From NCBI GenBank assembly GCA_035507155.1, contig DATJOK010000126.1, positions 1,409 to 65,408 on the forward strand: 64,000 nucleotides of DNA, given 5' to 3'. Under the pieces are notes generated by a model that was given only the letters and a program-made list of their open reading frames with translations, made no database searches and was not told the origin of the DNA. The stretch is from Stellaceae bacterium. Its GTDB lineage: Bacteria > Pseudomonadota > Alphaproteobacteria > ATCC43930 > CGMCC-115725. Of the stretch, positions 19,428-30,617 are shown piece after piece; the first letter of the stretch is position 1, and each line of letters opens with the position of its first letter. A program made the position numbers and the translations under genes.

Positions 19428-21776
19428 ATGCGCCGGCTTGCTTCCGCTCTCGCCGGCCTGGCGATCGCGCTCATGGGCGCGCATCGCGCGACCGGAGCGA
19501 CGGCGGAAAAAAGTCTGGTATCTGGCAACCAGCCGGTTCTCTTCGTCGCCGACGAGGTCCAATACGACAACGACCTCGGCCTGGTAGTCGCCACCGGCCA
19601 CGTTCAGCTCTCGCAGAAGAATCAGATCCTCGAGGCCGACACCGTCACCTACAACCAGAAGACGGACACCGTCACCGCCAGCGGCCATGTAGCGCTGCTG
19701 GAACCCTCGGGCGACGTGACCTTCGCCGATTTCGTCGAGCTGCACGACGACATGCGCGAAGGCTTCATCAAGAACGTGCGCGCCCTGCTCTCGGACCGCT
19801 CGCGATTGGCGGGCAACACGGCCCGACGGGTCGAGGGCAACCGCACCGAGATCCGCCGCGCGGTCTACTCGCCTTGCGATCTCTGCGAGAAGGATCCGAC
19901 CCAGCCGCCGATCTGGGAGATCAAGGCGGAGAAGGTGATCCACGACAAGGAAGCGCAGGTCATCGAGTATCGCGATGCCACCATCGACATGGGCGGCATC
20001 CCGGTGCTGTGGACGCCCTACTTCTCGCACCCGGATCCCTCGGTAAAGCGGCAGAGCGGCTTCCTGGCGCCGACCGGCGGCTATTCGACGACGCTCGGCG
20101 CCCACACGACGATCCCCTACTTCTGGGCCATCAGCGGCGACAAGGACGCGACTTTCGCGCCGATGTTCACCACCGATGCCGGCTTCGTCATGTCGGGCGA
20201 GTACCGCGAGGCCTTCAACAACGGCTATGTGCGCGCCGCCGGCAGCATCGCCTATACCAATCAGGAGAACAGCACCGGCACCGCGATCACCTCCATCGAC
20301 ACCGTGCGCGGCCACTTCTTCAGCAACGGCGGCTACGATATCAACGATACCTGGCGCGGCCTCTGGGACATCAACCGGACCTCGGATCCGACATATCTCC
20401 AGCGCTTCCGCTTCGGCGGCGGCTTCGGCACCACCTTCGGCAATAGCAGCTCGGTTCCCTATCTGGAGAGCAGCGCCGCCACGGAGGGCTTCTTCGACAG
20501 CCGCAGCTACGCCGTCGTCGACAACTACATGTTCCAGAGCCTGCGCTTCGGCGTCGGCGAAGCGAACCAGCCCGTCGTGCTGCCCACCGCCACCTACAGC
20601 TGGGTCGGTCATCCCGACGAGTGGGGCGGCCGCTGGGACGCCAGCAGCAATGTCGAGAACCTGGTCACCCCGGCGAACTCCGGCGTCCAGATCCGGCGGC
20701 TCTCCACCGGCGCCGGCTGGAGCATTCCGATGAACGGGCTGATCGGCGACCGGTTCAACTTCAGCGCCAAGCTGCGGGGAGACGCCTACAACTCGCAGAA
20801 CGTCGTCCTGGCGAGCGGCGAGTCGCCGACACCCACGGAGAATTCCGGGCGCGTCTATCCGCAGGCGGAGCTGCTCTGGCGCTACCCCTGGGTCCGGCGC
20901 GGCAACGGCTACAACCAGACGATCGAGCCGATCGCGGCCCTCATCGCCAGCACCAACGGCGGCAATCCCGCCACCATCCCGGCAGAGGACAGTCCCGGCT
21001 TCGAGTTCGACGAGACCAGCCTCTTCGTGCCCAATCGCTTTCCGGGCTACGATCGCGTCGATTCCGGCCAGCGCGTCGACTACGGCCTGCAGGGCGCCTT
21101 CTACGGCGACAGCGGCGGCAGCAGCCAGTTCCTGATCGGACAGAGCTACCGCTTCCAGAGCAACGGCCCCTACGCCGTCGGCTCCGGCGTCAACACCCGC
21201 CGCTCGGACGTGGTGGGGCGCGTCATCGTGTCTCCGGCGCCGTTTCTCGACCTCATCTATCGCTTCCGGCTCGACGAGAAGGATCTGACCTTCCGCCGCC
21301 AGGAGGTCGCCGCCTACACCGGCCCGCCGAGCCTCAGGCTCGGCATCAACTTCCTCTCGATCCAGCACGATCCCCTGGTGCCCGACCTCGAGGAGCGCCG
21401 CCAGATCGGCATCTCCCTCAATGCCGATCTCACCCGCTACTGGTCGCTGCAAGCCGTGGGCGTGCGCGATCTCGGCAGCTCCAGCGTGCTCAACAGCAAC
21501 GGCTTCAATGTGACCACAGGGGTCGCCGAGACCGTGAGCTCAGGCATCGCGGCCGTCTATCAGGACGAGTGCCTGGTCTTCCGCACCTCGATCGGCTATT
21601 CCGGCACCCGCGCCGGCGACATCCATCCGGGAACCACGCTGCTCTTCACTATCGGTCTCAAGAACCTCGGCGAATTGAGCCTGCCGGCTTATTCCAGCGG
21701 CACCGGCGGCTCCACCAGCTCCACCAGCTTCGGATCGCTCGGCAACCTCGGCAGCACCGCCAACTCGGCGTTCTGA
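19428..21776 (+). CDS. lptD: LPS-assembly outer-membrane protein LptD
   Basis: 782 aa with a signal peptide and an OstA N-domain (VLFVADEVQYDNDLGLVVATGHVQLSQKNQILEADTVTYNQKTDTVTASGHV). A large beta-barrel follows, and surA is next. Confidence 0.92.
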   Translation: MRRLASALAGLAIALMGAHRATGATAEKSLVSGNQPVLFVADEVQYDNDLGLVVATGHVQLSQKNQILEADTVTYNQKTDTVTASGHVALLEPSGDVTFADFVELHDDMREGFIKNVRALLSDRSRLAGNTARRVEGNRTEIRRAVYSPCDLCEKDPTQPPIWEIKAEKVIHDKEAQVIEYRDATIDMGGIPVLWTPYFSHPDPSVKRQSGFLAPTGGYSTTLGAHTTIPYFWAISGDKDATFAPMFTTDAGFVMSGEYREAFNNGYVRAAGSIAYTNQENSTGTAITSIDTVRGHFFSNGGYDINDTWRGLWDINRTSDPTYLQRFRFGGGFGTTFGNSSSVPYLESSAATEGFFDSRSYAVVDNYMFQSLRFGVGEANQPVVLPTATYSWVGHPDEWGGRWDASSNVENLVTPANSGVQIRRLSTGAGWSIPMNGLIGDRFNFSAKLRGDAYNSQNVVLASGESPTPTENSGRVYPQAELLWRYPWVRRGNGYNQTIEPIAALIASTNGGNPATIPAEDSPGFEFDETSLFVPNRFPGYDRVDSGQRVDYGLQGAFYGDSGGSSQFLIGQSYRFQSNGPYAVGSGVNTRRSDVVGRVIVSPAPFLDLIYRFRLDEKDLTFRRQEVAAYTGPPSLRLGINFLSIQHDPLVPDLEERRQIGISLNADLTRYWSLQAVGVRDLGSSSVLNSNGFNVTTGVAETVSSGIAAVYQDECLVFRTSIGYSGTRAGDIHPGTTLLFTIGLKNLGELSLPAYSSGTGGSTSSTSFGSLGNLGSTANSAF

Positions 21777-21867
21777 GCGGACGCGACAGGCGTGGTCGAG
21801 GGGTGGTAGTCTGGCGCCCGCATCCCGCTCGGCAGGCAGCCGAGCGATCATTGCTGTTGGAAGTCAG

Positions 21868-23118
21868 ATGTTTCGTACTGTTACCGCTTTGCTGTTGCTG
21901 ATCCTGACCGCGGGCACCGCCGCCGCGCAGGAGACGCGGATCGCCGCCGTGGTCAACGATGACGTGATCTCGATCAACGACCTCGAGGCGCGCATCAAGC
22001 TCGTGCTGCTGTCCTCGCAACTGCCCGACAATCCGCAGGTGCGCCAGCGGGTGACGCCACAGGTGCTGCGCTCGCTGATCGATGAGCGGCTCGAGCTGCA
22101 GGAGGCCAAGCGCTTCAACGTCGCGGTCAGCGATGAGGACGTGAACCGGGCCTTCGAGCGCCTGGAGCGGCAGAACAACATGCCGAAGGGCGGTCTCGAT
22201 CAGCTGCTGACCCAGCGCGGCATTCCACGCTCGACCCTGGTGAACCAGATCACCGCGACCCTCGCCTGGAGCAAGCTGGTGGAAGGACGCCTCGCGCCCA
22301 ACGTCACCGTCTCCGACGAGGAGATCAACGAGGCGATGGCGCGGATCAAGGACAGCATCGGCAAGCCGCAGAGCCGCGTCGGCGAGATCTTCCTTGCCGT
22401 CGACAATCCCACCCAGGAGCCCGAAGTGAAGGCGCTCGCGGACCGGCTGGTCGAGCAGATCCGCAACGGCGCCAATTTCGCCGCGGTGGCGCAGCAGTTC
22501 TCGCAGTCCGCCACCGCCGCGGTCGGCGGCGATCTCGGCTGGGTGCTGCCGGACGAGCTGCCGCCGGAGGTGGAGCAGACCGTGGCGCGCATGCAGCCCG
22601 GCCAGCTGGCGCCGCCGATCCGCGGCCCGGGCGGATTCTATCTCGTCTATCTTGCGGATCGCCGCACCCTCGGAAAACCCTCGCCGAACGACGCGGTCAT
22701 CACCCTGACCCGCGTCGCCTTTCCGCTCCCCTTGAACGCCACCGAGGCCGAGCGGCAGAAGGCGCTCGTCGCCGCCCAGCAGGTGACTGACACCGCCAAG
22801 AGCTGCGGCGAGATGCTGAAGATCGGCCAGCAGGTCTCGCCGCAGATCTCCGGCGAGCTGCGTGACGTGAAGATCGGCAGCCTGCCGGCGGAGCTGCGTC
22901 CCACCATCGAGGCGCTGAAGATCGCCGAGCCCAGCAAGCCGCTGGTGCTGAAGGACGGCGTCGGCGTGCTGATGGTGTGCGAGCGCAAGGACCCGCCCTC
23001 GCCGATCGCGACGCGCGAGCAGGTGCAGGACTCCCTGATGCGCCAGCGCCTCGACACTCTCGCCCGCCGCTATCTGCGGGATCTTCGTCGCGCCGCCTAC
23101 GTGGATATGCGCGTATGA
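21868..23118 (+). CDS. surA: Periplasmic chaperone / peptidyl-prolyl isomerase SurA
   Basis: 416 aa with a signal peptide. The SurA N-domain reads IAAVVNDDVISINDLEARIKL and a parvulin domain is present. It sits in the lptD-surA-pdxA-rsmA block. Confidence 0.9.
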   Translation: MFRTVTALLLLILTAGTAAAQETRIAAVVNDDVISINDLEARIKLVLLSSQLPDNPQVRQRVTPQVLRSLIDERLELQEAKRFNVAVSDEDVNRAFERLERQNNMPKGGLDQLLTQRGIPRSTLVNQITATLAWSKLVEGRLAPNVTVSDEEINEAMARIKDSIGKPQSRVGEIFLAVDNPTQEPEVKALADRLVEQIRNGANFAAVAQQFSQSATAAVGGDLGWVLPDELPPEVEQTVARMQPGQLAPPIRGPGGFYLVYLADRRTLGKPSPNDAVITLTRVAFPLPLNATEAERQKALVAAQQVTDTAKSCGEMLKIGQQVSPQISGELRDVKIGSLPAELRPTIEALKIAEPSKPLVLKDGVGVLMVCERKDPPSPIATREQVQDSLMRQRLDTLARRYLRDLRRAAYVDMRV

Positions 23119-24125
23119 CCGCACCGATCGCCCTCACCATGGGGGAACCGGCGGGAATCGGCGGCGAGATCACTCTCAAGGCATGGCTTCGCCGGCACGA
23201 CGGAGTGCCGCCCTTCTTCGCCATCGACGATCCCGACCGCCTCGCCCGGCTTGCCGCAACCCTGGGCTGGGACGTCCCGCTGCGCGCGGTCGCCGGCCCC
23301 GAAGAGGCGGCGCACTGCTTCGGCGAGGCGCTCGGCGTGCTGCCGCGGCGGATCGCGCATCCCGTGCTGATGGGCCGGCCGGATCCCGCCAACGCGCGCG
23401 CGGTTACCGGCGCCATTGTCGCCGCGGTCGATCTGGTGCGTACCGGTCGCGCCGCTGCCGTCGTCACCAATCCGATCCAGAAGGAGACCCTCTACGCCGC
23501 CGGCTTCCGCCATCCGGGCCACACCGAATTCCTGGAGGAGCTCGCCGGCAACGACGTGAAGGCGATCATGATGCTGGCCTGCAGCGAGCTTCGCGTCGTG
23601 CCGGTGACCGTGCATCTCGCTCTCAGGGACGCGCTGCAGCGTCTCACGCGCGAAGCCATAATCACCGCCGGCCGCATCACCGCCCGCTCGCTGATCAGCG
23701 ATTTCGGCATTCCCCGGCCGCGGCTCGCCGTCGCCGGCCTCAATCCCCATGCCGGCGAGAACGGCGCCATGGGCCGCGAGGAGATCGAGATCGTCGGCCC
23801 CGCGATCGAGGCGCTGCGCGCCGAGGGCTATGCGGTGGGGGGACCCTACCCGGCCGACACCATGTTCCATGCCGCCGCCCGCGCGCGTTATGACGCCGCG
23901 CTCTGCATGTACCATGACCAGGCGCTGATCCCGATCAAGACCATCGACTTCGACCGCGGCGTCAATGTCACCCTGGGCCTCCCCTTCATCCGCACCTCGC
24001 CGGATCACGGCACGGCCTGCGACATCGCCGGCAAGGGCATCGCCAATCCCGATAGCCTGATCGCCGCCCTCAGGCTCGCCGGCGAGATGGCGTCGCGGCG
24101 CACCGCACGGCGCTCGGTCGCCTGA
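23115..24125 (+). CDS. pdxA: 4-hydroxythreonine-4-phosphate dehydrogenase
   Basis: Track ORF 22977..24125. The start is at ATG 23115 ([19 protein letters not shown]...) with an ATGA overlap on the surA stop. GHTEFL and NPHAGENG motifs are present. Confidence 0.93.
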   Translation: MTAPIALTMGEPAGIGGEITLKAWLRRHDGVPPFFAIDDPDRLARLAATLGWDVPLRAVAGPEEAAHCFGEALGVLPRRIAHPVLMGRPDPANARAVTGAIVAAVDLVRTGRAAAVVTNPIQKETLYAAGFRHPGHTEFLEELAGNDVKAIMMLACSELRVVPVTVHLALRDALQRLTREAIITAGRITARSLISDFGIPRPRLAVAGLNPHAGENGAMGREEIEIVGPAIEALRAEGYAVGGPYPADTMFHAAARARYDAALCMYHDQALIPIKTIDFDRGVNVTLGLPFIRTSPDHGTACDIAGKGIANPDSLIAALRLAGEMASRRTARRSVA

Positions 24126-24139
24126 GCCAAGACTCCGAG

Positions 24140-24988
24140 ATGATCGCGACGGCACCCGATCTGCCGGCGCTGCGCGAGGTGATCCGCCGGCACGGCCTCG
24201 CCGCCCGCAAATCCCTCGGCCAGAATTTCCTTCTCGACCTCAACCTGATCGCCCGCATCGCGCGCGCGGCGGGCGCGCTCAAGGGCGTCAACGTGATCGA
24301 GATCGGCCCCGGGCCCGGCGGCCTGACCCGGGCGCTCCTCGCCGCCGGTGCCGCCACCGTGACCGCCATCGAGCGCGACGACCGCTGCGTCGCGGCCCTG
24401 GTCGAGCTCGCCCAGGCCTATCCTGATCGACTGCGGATCATCGCCGGCGACGCTCTGGAGATCGACCCCGCGAGCCTCGTGGCGCCGCCGCGCCGGATCG
24501 TCGCCAACCTCCCCTATAACGTCGCCACCGCCCTGCTGCTGCGCTGGCTGCCGAGCCTCGCCGACTACGAGAGCCTCACCCTGATGTTTCAGAAGGAGGT
24601 GGCTCAGCGGCTCGCCGCCAGACCGCGCAGCAAGGATTACGGCCGGCTCTCGGTGCTGGTGCAGTGGATCGCCGAGGTGACGCCGCTCTTCGACATCGCG
24701 CCCACCGCCTTCGTGCCACCGCCGAAAGTGACCTCGTCCCTGCTGCGCATCGTCGCGCGCGACAGACCGCTGTCGCCCTGCCGTCGGGAGGATCTTGAGC
24801 GCGTCACCGCCGCCGCTTTCGGCCAGCGCCGCAAGATGCTGCGCCAGAGCCTGCGCAGCCTTGGGCTGCCGCCGGAGCCGCTGCTCGCCGGCACCGGCAT
24901 CGCGCCCACCGCGCGGGCCGAGGAGCTGAGCGTCGAGGAATTCTGCGCGCTCGCCCGTGCCCTCGCGGCAACGGCTCAGGCTTTCTGA
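24140..24988 (+). CDS. rsmA: 16S rRNA (adenine1518/1519-N6)-dimethyltransferase
   Basis: 282 aa with [21 protein letters not shown] and ANLPYNV motifs. Confidence 0.93.
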   Translation: MIATAPDLPALREVIRRHGLAARKSLGQNFLLDLNLIARIARAAGALKGVNVIEIGPGPGGLTRALLAAGAATVTAIERDDRCVAALVELAQAYPDRLRIIAGDALEIDPASLVAPPRRIVANLPYNVATALLLRWLPSLADYESLTLMFQKEVAQRLAARPRSKDYGRLSVLVQWIAEVTPLFDIAPTAFVPPPKVTSSLLRIVARDRPLSPCRREDLERVTAAAFGQRRKMLRQSLRSLGLPPEPLLAGTGIAPTARAEELSVEEFCALARALAATAQAF

Positions 24989-25809
24989 TCAGCTTTCGCC
25001 GCGCCGTAGACGTGCTCGGGGCCCGGAAACCGCCGTGCCTTCACATCCTCGGCATAGGCGGCGGCCGCCCCCGCAATCGCCTGGCCGATCTCGCCGTATC
25101 GCCTGACGAAACGCGGTGTGAATTCGGCGAAGATCCCGAGCAGATCCTCGGTCACCAGGATCTGGCCGTCGCAGGCGGAGGACGCGCCGATGCCGATGGT
25201 GGGCACGGCGATCGCCTCGGTGACGGCGCGCGCCAGCGGCTCGACCGTGCCCTCGATCACCAGGGCGAAGGCGCCCGCCGCCGCCGCCGCGCGCGCATCC
25301 GCCATGATGCGCGTCGCCTCCCGCTCGCCGCGGCCCTGGGCGCGGAAGCCGGTGGCATGCACCGACTGCGGCTGCAGGCCGATGTGGCCGAGCACCGGCA
25401 CGCCCCGCTCGACCAGGAAACGGATGGTCTCCGCCATCGCGGCGCCGCCCTCGAGCTTGACGCCCGCGGCACCGGTCTCCGCCATGACGCGCGCCGCGCT
25501 GCGGAACGCCTGCGCCGGTGATTCCTGATAGCTGCCGAACGGCAGGTCGACGATGACGCAGCTTTGCTTCGCGCCGCGCACCACCGCCGCGCCATGGGCG
25601 ATCATCATCTCGAGCGTCACCGGCAGCGTGCTGGCGAAGCCGTAGACCACCATGCCGAGGCTGTCGCCGACCAGCAGCAGATCCGCCACCGGATCGAGGA
25701 GACGCGCCATCGGCGTCGTATAAGCGGTGAGGCAGACCAGCGGCACGCCGCCCTTGCGAGCGCCGATCTCGGCCGGGGTGCGCTGCTTTGCTGAGGTCTG
25801 GACGCTCAT
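24976..25809 (-). CDS. panB: 3-methyl-2-oxobutanoate hydroxymethyltransferase
   Basis: 277 aa with [13 protein letters not shown]...[13 protein letters not shown]...VKLEGG. Confidence 0.93.
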   Translation of the reverse strand: MSVQTSAKQRTPAEIGARKGGVPLVCLTAYTTPMARLLDPVADLLLVGDSLGMVVYGFASTLPVTLEMMIAHGAAVVRGAKQSCVIVDLPFGSYQESPAQAFRSAARVMAETGAAGVKLEGGAAMAETIRFLVERGVPVLGHIGLQPQSVHATGFRAQGRGEREATRIMADARAAAAAGAFALVIEGTVEPLARAVTEAIAVPTIGIGASSACDGQILVTEDLLGIFAEFTPRFVRRYGEIGQAIAGAAAAYAEDVKARRFPGPEHVYGAAKADQKA

Positions 25810-25824
25810 CGCGTCACCTTCGGT

Positions 25825-26463
25825 CTACTGGCCGCCTCTGAGGCGGTTGACGAACTCGGCGAGGCCGATCTGACGCTCGCGCTTCAGCCGCTCGGCGGTG
25901 AGGATCGCCTGCACCTGCCGGACGCTGGTCTCCAGGTCGTGGTTGACGATGACATAGTCGTATTCCGGCCAATGGCTCATCTCGTCGGCGGATTTCGCCA
26001 TCCGCTGCGCCACCACCTCGGCGCTGTCCTGAGCGCGGCGCTTCAGGCGGTCCTCGAGCGCCTCCGTGCTCGGCGGCAGGATGAAGACCGCCACCACGTC
26101 GTTCCGCACGCTTTGCTTCAGCTGCTGGGTCCCCTGCCAGTCGATGTCGCTGACGATGTCGCGGCCGGAGCGCAGCACCGCCTCCACCGGCCCCCGCGGC
26201 GTGCCGTAGCGGTTGCCGAAAACGGTGGCGTGCTCCAGCAGCTCGTCCTTCGCGATCATCTCGTCGAAGCGCTGGGCGCTCACGAAGTGATAGTGCTCGC
26301 CATCCGTCTCGCCCGCCCGCGGCTTCCGCGTCGTGACCGAGACCGAGATGCCGAGCTCAGGCTCGCGCTCCACCAGCATCCGCGTGATCGTGGTCTTGCC
26401 GGCGCCGGAGGGCGAGGACAGCACCAGCAGCAGGCCGCGGCGTCCGATCTCGGTCGAGCTCAT
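25825..26463 (-). CDS. gmk: Guanylate kinase
   Basis: 212 aa with P-loop SSPSGAGKTT and ...VSVTTRKPRAGETDGEHYHFV.... Confidence 0.95.
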   Translation of the reverse strand: MSSTEIGRRGLLLVLSSPSGAGKTTITRMLVEREPELGISVSVTTRKPRAGETDGEHYHFVSAQRFDEMIAKDELLEHATVFGNRYGTPRGPVEAVLRSGRDIVSDIDWQGTQQLKQSVRNDVVAVFILPPSTEALEDRLKRRAQDSAEVVAQRMAKSADEMSHWPEYDYVIVNHDLETSVRQVQAILTAERLKRERQIGLAEFVNRLRGGQ

Positions 26464-26467
26464 GGAG

Positions 26468-27343
26468 CTACTCGATGTTCTGCACTTGCTCGCGAAGCTG
26501 CTCGATCGCCGCCTTGAGGGCGAGCCCGATGCGCGTCAACTCCACATCGGCCGATTTCGAGCAGAGCGTGTTCGCCTCGCGATGAAATTCCTGGCAGAGG
26601 AAGTCGAGGCGGCGGCCGATGACCGCGCCCTCCACCAGGAGCTCGCGCGCCGCGGCGATGTGGGCGCCGAGCCGATCGAGCTCCTCGCGCACGTCCGCCT
26701 TGGCGACCAGCAGCGCCGCCTCCTGCGCCAGCCGCTCCTCGGCAACCGCCGGCACCGCCTCCTTGAGCGCGTCGACGAGGCTCCGGAGCCGCGCCCGCAC
26801 CGCGTCGGGCTGCGCCGCCGCGCTCCGCTCGGCCTGCGACACCAGCCCGGCGATCTCCTCGAGGCGCTCCTCGAGCACGCCGGCCATCCGGATTCCCTCG
26901 GCGCGGCGCATGCCGGCGAGCTCCTCGGCGGCGCGGCGGCAGCCGGTCAGCACCGCCGCCTCGCGGCGCTGGCGCAGCTCCGGATCGAGCCCGTCCTCCT
27001 CGCCGCTCTCCAGCACGCCCTTGAGGGCGAGGAGTCCGTCGGTGCTCGGCGGCGTCGCCCCCACCTCGCGCTGCAGCTCGCGCGCGAGCGCCAGCACCTG
27101 CTCCAGCGCCGCGCGGTTGACGCGGAGAGTGCCGCCGCTGCCCGAGCGCAGGATGGAGAGATTGGCGCTCACGGAGCCGCGCCGCAGCCGCTCGCCGAGC
27201 AGCGCCCGCAGCGGCAGCTCGAGCGCATCGTAGCCGGGCGGCAGGCGGAAACGGAGATCGAGGGATTTGCCGTTGACGCTCTTGATCTCCCAGGCCCAGG
27301 CGATGCCGTCGCCTTCGCCCTCGCTGCGGGCGAATCCGGTCAT
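26468..27343 (-). CDS. YicC family stress-induced protein (endoribonuclease YicC-like)
   Basis: Track ORF 26468..27517. The start is at ATG 27343 (MTGFARSEGEG...), matching the canonical YicC N-terminus MTGF/MTAY. The C-terminal DUF1732-like block is LCQEFHREANTLCSKS. The gmk adjacency is conserved. Confidence 0.85.
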   Translation of the reverse strand: MTGFARSEGEGDGIAWAWEIKSVNGKSLDLRFRLPPGYDALELPLRALLGERLRRGSVSANLSILRSGSGGTLRVNRAALEQVLALARELQREVGATPPSTDGLLALKGVLESGEEDGLDPELRQRREAAVLTGCRRAAEELAGMRRAEGIRMAGVLEERLEEIAGLVSQAERSAAAQPDAVRARLRSLVDALKEAVPAVAEERLAQEAALLVAKADVREELDRLGAHIAAARELLVEGAVIGRRLDFLCQEFHREANTLCSKSADVELTRIGLALKAAIEQLREQVQNIE

Positions 27344-27488
27344 GCTGGCGACGGCGCCAGTCTTCTGCGCGGCGGCGGCGGATCGGGCCAAGAGCACTCC
27401 GCTCATCGGGTCGGACTCGACGGGGTTCTCGACCCCGCCGTGCCGAGGGTTATAGCCTTGGGCGCGCCCTCCAACAACGGTTGCCGCC

Positions 27489-28235
27489 ATGCCAGCGCCG
27501 CGCCACATCCTGATCACCGGTGCCTCGAGCGGGATCGGCGCGGCGCTGGCGCGGCACTACGCGGCGCCGGGGGTGCGCCTCGGCCTCGGCGGACGCGACG
27601 GCGCGCGACTCGACGCCGTAGCCGCCGATTGCAGGGCGAAGGGCGCCGCGGTGGCCAGTGCCGCCCTCGACGTCACTGATCGCGCGGCGATGCGCGGCTG
27701 GATCCTGGCGGCGGACGACGTCCGCCCGCTCGATCTCGTGATCGCCAATGCCGGGATCGGCGGCATGGGCGTCGACGAGGACCACGCCCGCGCGATCTTC
27801 GCCATCAATGTCGAGGGCGTGCTCAACACCGCCTACCCGGCGCTGGAGCGAATGGCTGCGCGCGGCGGCGGCCAGCTCGCCCTCATGAGCTCGCTCGCGG
27901 GCTATCGCGGCCTGCCGGACGCGCCCGCCTACAGCGCCTCGAAGGCGGCGGTGAAGTCGCTGGCCGAGGCCTGGCGCGGCGCCTATGCCGCGGCGGGTGT
28001 CCGCGTCTCGGTGATCTGCCCCGGCTTCGTCGCGACGCCGATGACCGAGGGCGGGCGCTTCCCGCAGCCGTTCCTAATCGATGCTGATCGCGCCGCTGGG
28101 ATCATCGCTCGTGGGCTCTCGGCCAACCGGCCGCGGATCGCTTTTCCCTGGCAGCTTGCGCTCGCCACCTGGCTGCTGGCGGCGCTGCCGCCGCGCCTCG
28201 GCGACCGGATCGTGCGGCCGCGCCGTCGCCGCTGA
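27489..28235 (+). CDS. SDR family oxidoreductase
   Basis: 248 aa with TGASSGIGAAL (TGxxxGxG), NAGIG and the catalytic YSASKAAV. Confidence 0.85.
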   Translation: MPAPRHILITGASSGIGAALARHYAAPGVRLGLGGRDGARLDAVAADCRAKGAAVASAALDVTDRAAMRGWILAADDVRPLDLVIANAGIGGMGVDEDHARAIFAINVEGVLNTAYPALERMAARGGGQLALMSSLAGYRGLPDAPAYSASKAAVKSLAEAWRGAYAAAGVRVSVICPGFVATPMTEGGRFPQPFLIDADRAAGIIARGLSANRPRIAFPWQLALATWLLAALPPRLGDRIVRPRRRR

Positions 28236-29282
28236 TCAGCGCGCGGCACCGGGCGGCGCCGCGTGGCCGGGCGCGCCGGCGGGCGGCGCTGGCGTCGCCG
28301 CCTGGCTCTGCGCGCGGCGCAGATCCGCCACGTGATCGTTGTGCTCGGCCAGCGTCTTGGCGAAGACGTGCCGCCCGGAGCCGTCGCCGATGGCGACGAA
28401 ATAGAGATCCTCCGAAGCCATCGGGTGCAGCACCGCGCGCAGCGCGGCGAGGCCGGGATTGGCGATCGGGCCCGGCGGCAATCCCTTGACGATATAGGTG
28501 TTGTAGGGCGAGTCGACGCTGAGATCCTCGTGGGTGAGCGGACGGTCGAGCGGGCCCTTGCCCTGGGTCAGCGCGTAGACGACGGTCGGATCCGCCTGCA
28601 GGCGGATACCGAGGCGGAGGCGGTTCAGGAACACGCCGGCGATATGGGCGCGCTCATCCTCGCGGGCGGTCTCCTTCTCGACGATCGAGGCGAGGATCAC
28701 CGCATCGCGGGAATTGGCGAGCGGCAGGTTGGAATTGCGCTTGTTCCAGTTCTCCGCCACCGCGACGGCCATCGAGCGCTCCATGCGCTCGATCAGTGCC
28801 GAGCGCCTGTCGCCGAGCAAGAAGAAATAGGTCTGCGGCAGCAGGCTGCCTTCCGGCGGCACTTTCGCGATCGACCCATCGAGAGCGGGCTCGCCGTTCA
28901 CCAGCGCGACGATCTCCTCGCTGGTGAGCCCCTCGGGAATGGTGAGCCGGTGCTGCACCATCTTGCCGCTCGCCAGCAGCTCGGCGACCTCGCTCGGCGT
29001 GATGGCGGCCGGAAACTCGAATTCGCCGGCGCGGAGATGGGATGCCTTGCCCGACACCTCGGCGCCGAGCAGGAACACCCAGGAATGAGAGATGATGCCG
29101 CCGCGCTGCAGCGCCAGGGTGATGCTCACGAGGCCGCCGCCTTTCGGCAGCACCAGCACGGTGCTTTCCGGCAACGGGCCCGGGCTCGTCCAATCCCGCC
29201 AGACCGACAGCGCGAAGCTCGCGATCGAGGCCGCCAGGAGAAACACCGCTGGAACGAGCCGGGCCCGCGACGGCCAGGTCAT
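28236..29282 (-). CDS. mltG: Endolytic murein transglycosylase MltG (YceG)
   Basis: This is the C-terminal 348 aa of track ORF 28236..30356, starting at ATG 29282 (MTWPSRARLVPAVFLLAASI...). YceG blocks are LASIVEKETAREDERAHIAGVFLNRL and SPYNTYIVKGLPPGPIANPG. It lies downstream of fabF, as in E. coli. Confidence 0.9.
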   Translation of the reverse strand: MTWPSRARLVPAVFLLAASIASFALSVWRDWTSPGPLPESTVLVLPKGGGLVSITLALQRGGIISHSWVFLLGAEVSGKASHLRAGEFEFPAAITPSEVAELLASGKMVQHRLTIPEGLTSEEIVALVNGEPALDGSIAKVPPEGSLLPQTYFFLLGDRRSALIERMERSMAVAVAENWNKRNSNLPLANSRDAVILASIVEKETAREDERAHIAGVFLNRLRLGIRLQADPTVVYALTQGKGPLDRPLTHEDLSVDSPYNTYIVKGLPPGPIANPGLAALRAVLHPMASEDLYFVAIGDGSGRHVFAKTLAEHNDHVADLRRAQSQAATPAPPAGAPGHAAPPGAAR

Positions 29283-29290
29283 CGCGGCGC

Positions 29291-30553
29291 CTAGCTCGCG
29301 CGGGCGAAGATGAGGGAGGCGTTGGTGCCGCCGAATCCGAAGGAGTTCGACAGCGCGTAGCGCACCGGCCGCTCCTTGGCGCGATGCGGCACCAGATCGA
29401 TGTCGCAGCTCGGCGAGGGGTTGTCGAGGTTGAGCGTCGGCGGGACGATGCTGTCGCGCAGCGCCAGGATTGAGAAGATCGCCTCCACGCTGCCGGCGGC
29501 GCCCAGCAGATGGCCGATCGCCGACTTGGTGGAGGACATCGAGAGCTTGTAGGAATGCTCGCCGAAGAGCCGCTTCACCGCGCCGAGCTCGATCTCGTCG
29601 CCGAGCGGCGTCGACGTGCCGTGGGCGTTGATGTAGTCGATGCTGTCGGCGGAGAGCTGCGCGCGCTTCAGCGCGTTGCGCATGGCGCGGAAGGCCCCGT
29701 TGCCATCCTCGGCGGGCGCGGTGATGTGATGGGCGTCGCCCGACATGCCATAGCCGATCACTTCGGCGTAGATCTTGGCGCCACGGGCCTTCGCGTGCTC
29801 GTACTCCTCCAGCACCAGGATGCCGGCGCCCTCGCCCATGACGAAGCCGTCGCGCGCCTGGTCCCAGGGCCGGGACGCCTTGGGCGGGTCGTCGTTGAAG
29901 GCGGTGGAGAGCGCGCGCGCCGAGGCGAAGCCGGCAATGCCGAGCCGACACACCGCGGCCTCGGCGCCGCCGCAGACCATGACGTCGGCGTCGTCCCACA
30001 TGATGATCCGCGCCGCATCGCCGATGGCGTGCGCGCCGGTCGAGCAGGCGGTCACCACCGCATGGTTCGGCCCGGAGAAGCCGTACTTGATCGACGCGTG
30101 CCCGGAGGCCAGGTTGATCAGGTTCGACGGAATGAAGAACGGCGAGATGCGGCGGGGGCCCTTCTCGTGAAGGGTGATCGCGCCCTCCATGATGCCCGGG
30201 AGGCCGCCGATGCCGGAGCCGATCAGCACGCCCGTGCGCTCGCGCCCCTCGGGATCCTGCGGCTTCCAGCCGGAATCCTCGACCGCCTGGGTCGCCGCGG
30301 CCAGCGCATAGACGATGAACTCGTCCATCTTGCGCTGCTCTTTCGGCGGCACCCACTCATCGGCGTTGAAGAGGCCGGAGGAGGTCTCGCCGCGCGGCAC
30401 CTGCGCCGCGATCTTGGCGGGAAGATCGGAGACGTCGAAATCCTGGATCGCGCGGATGCCCGACTGCCCTTCCAGCAGCCGGCGCCACGTGACCTCAACT
30501 CCGCATCCGAGCGGAGTGACCATGCCCAGGCCGGTGACGACAACGCGTCTCAT
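29291..30553 (-). CDS. fabF: 3-oxoacyl-ACP synthase II
   Basis: 420 aa with MRRVVVTGLGMVTPLG, active-site ACSTGAH and HGTSTPLGD. Confidence 0.97.
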   Translation of the reverse strand: MRRVVVTGLGMVTPLGCGVEVTWRRLLEGQSGIRAIQDFDVSDLPAKIAAQVPRGETSSGLFNADEWVPPKEQRKMDEFIVYALAAATQAVEDSGWKPQDPEGRERTGVLIGSGIGGLPGIMEGAITLHEKGPRRISPFFIPSNLINLASGHASIKYGFSGPNHAVVTACSTGAHAIGDAARIIMWDDADVMVCGGAEAAVCRLGIAGFASARALSTAFNDDPPKASRPWDQARDGFVMGEGAGILVLEEYEHAKARGAKIYAEVIGYGMSGDAHHITAPAEDGNGAFRAMRNALKRAQLSADSIDYINAHGTSTPLGDEIELGAVKRLFGEHSYKLSMSSTKSAIGHLLGAAGSVEAIFSILALRDSIVPPTLNLDNPSPSCDIDLVPHRAKERPVRYALSNSFGFGGTNASLIFARAS

Positions 30554-30617
30554 GCCGATTCGGACCTATCGCCCTGACGACGGTGCGCGCAGCTCTGCCG
30601 CCGCGACGCCATCCGCG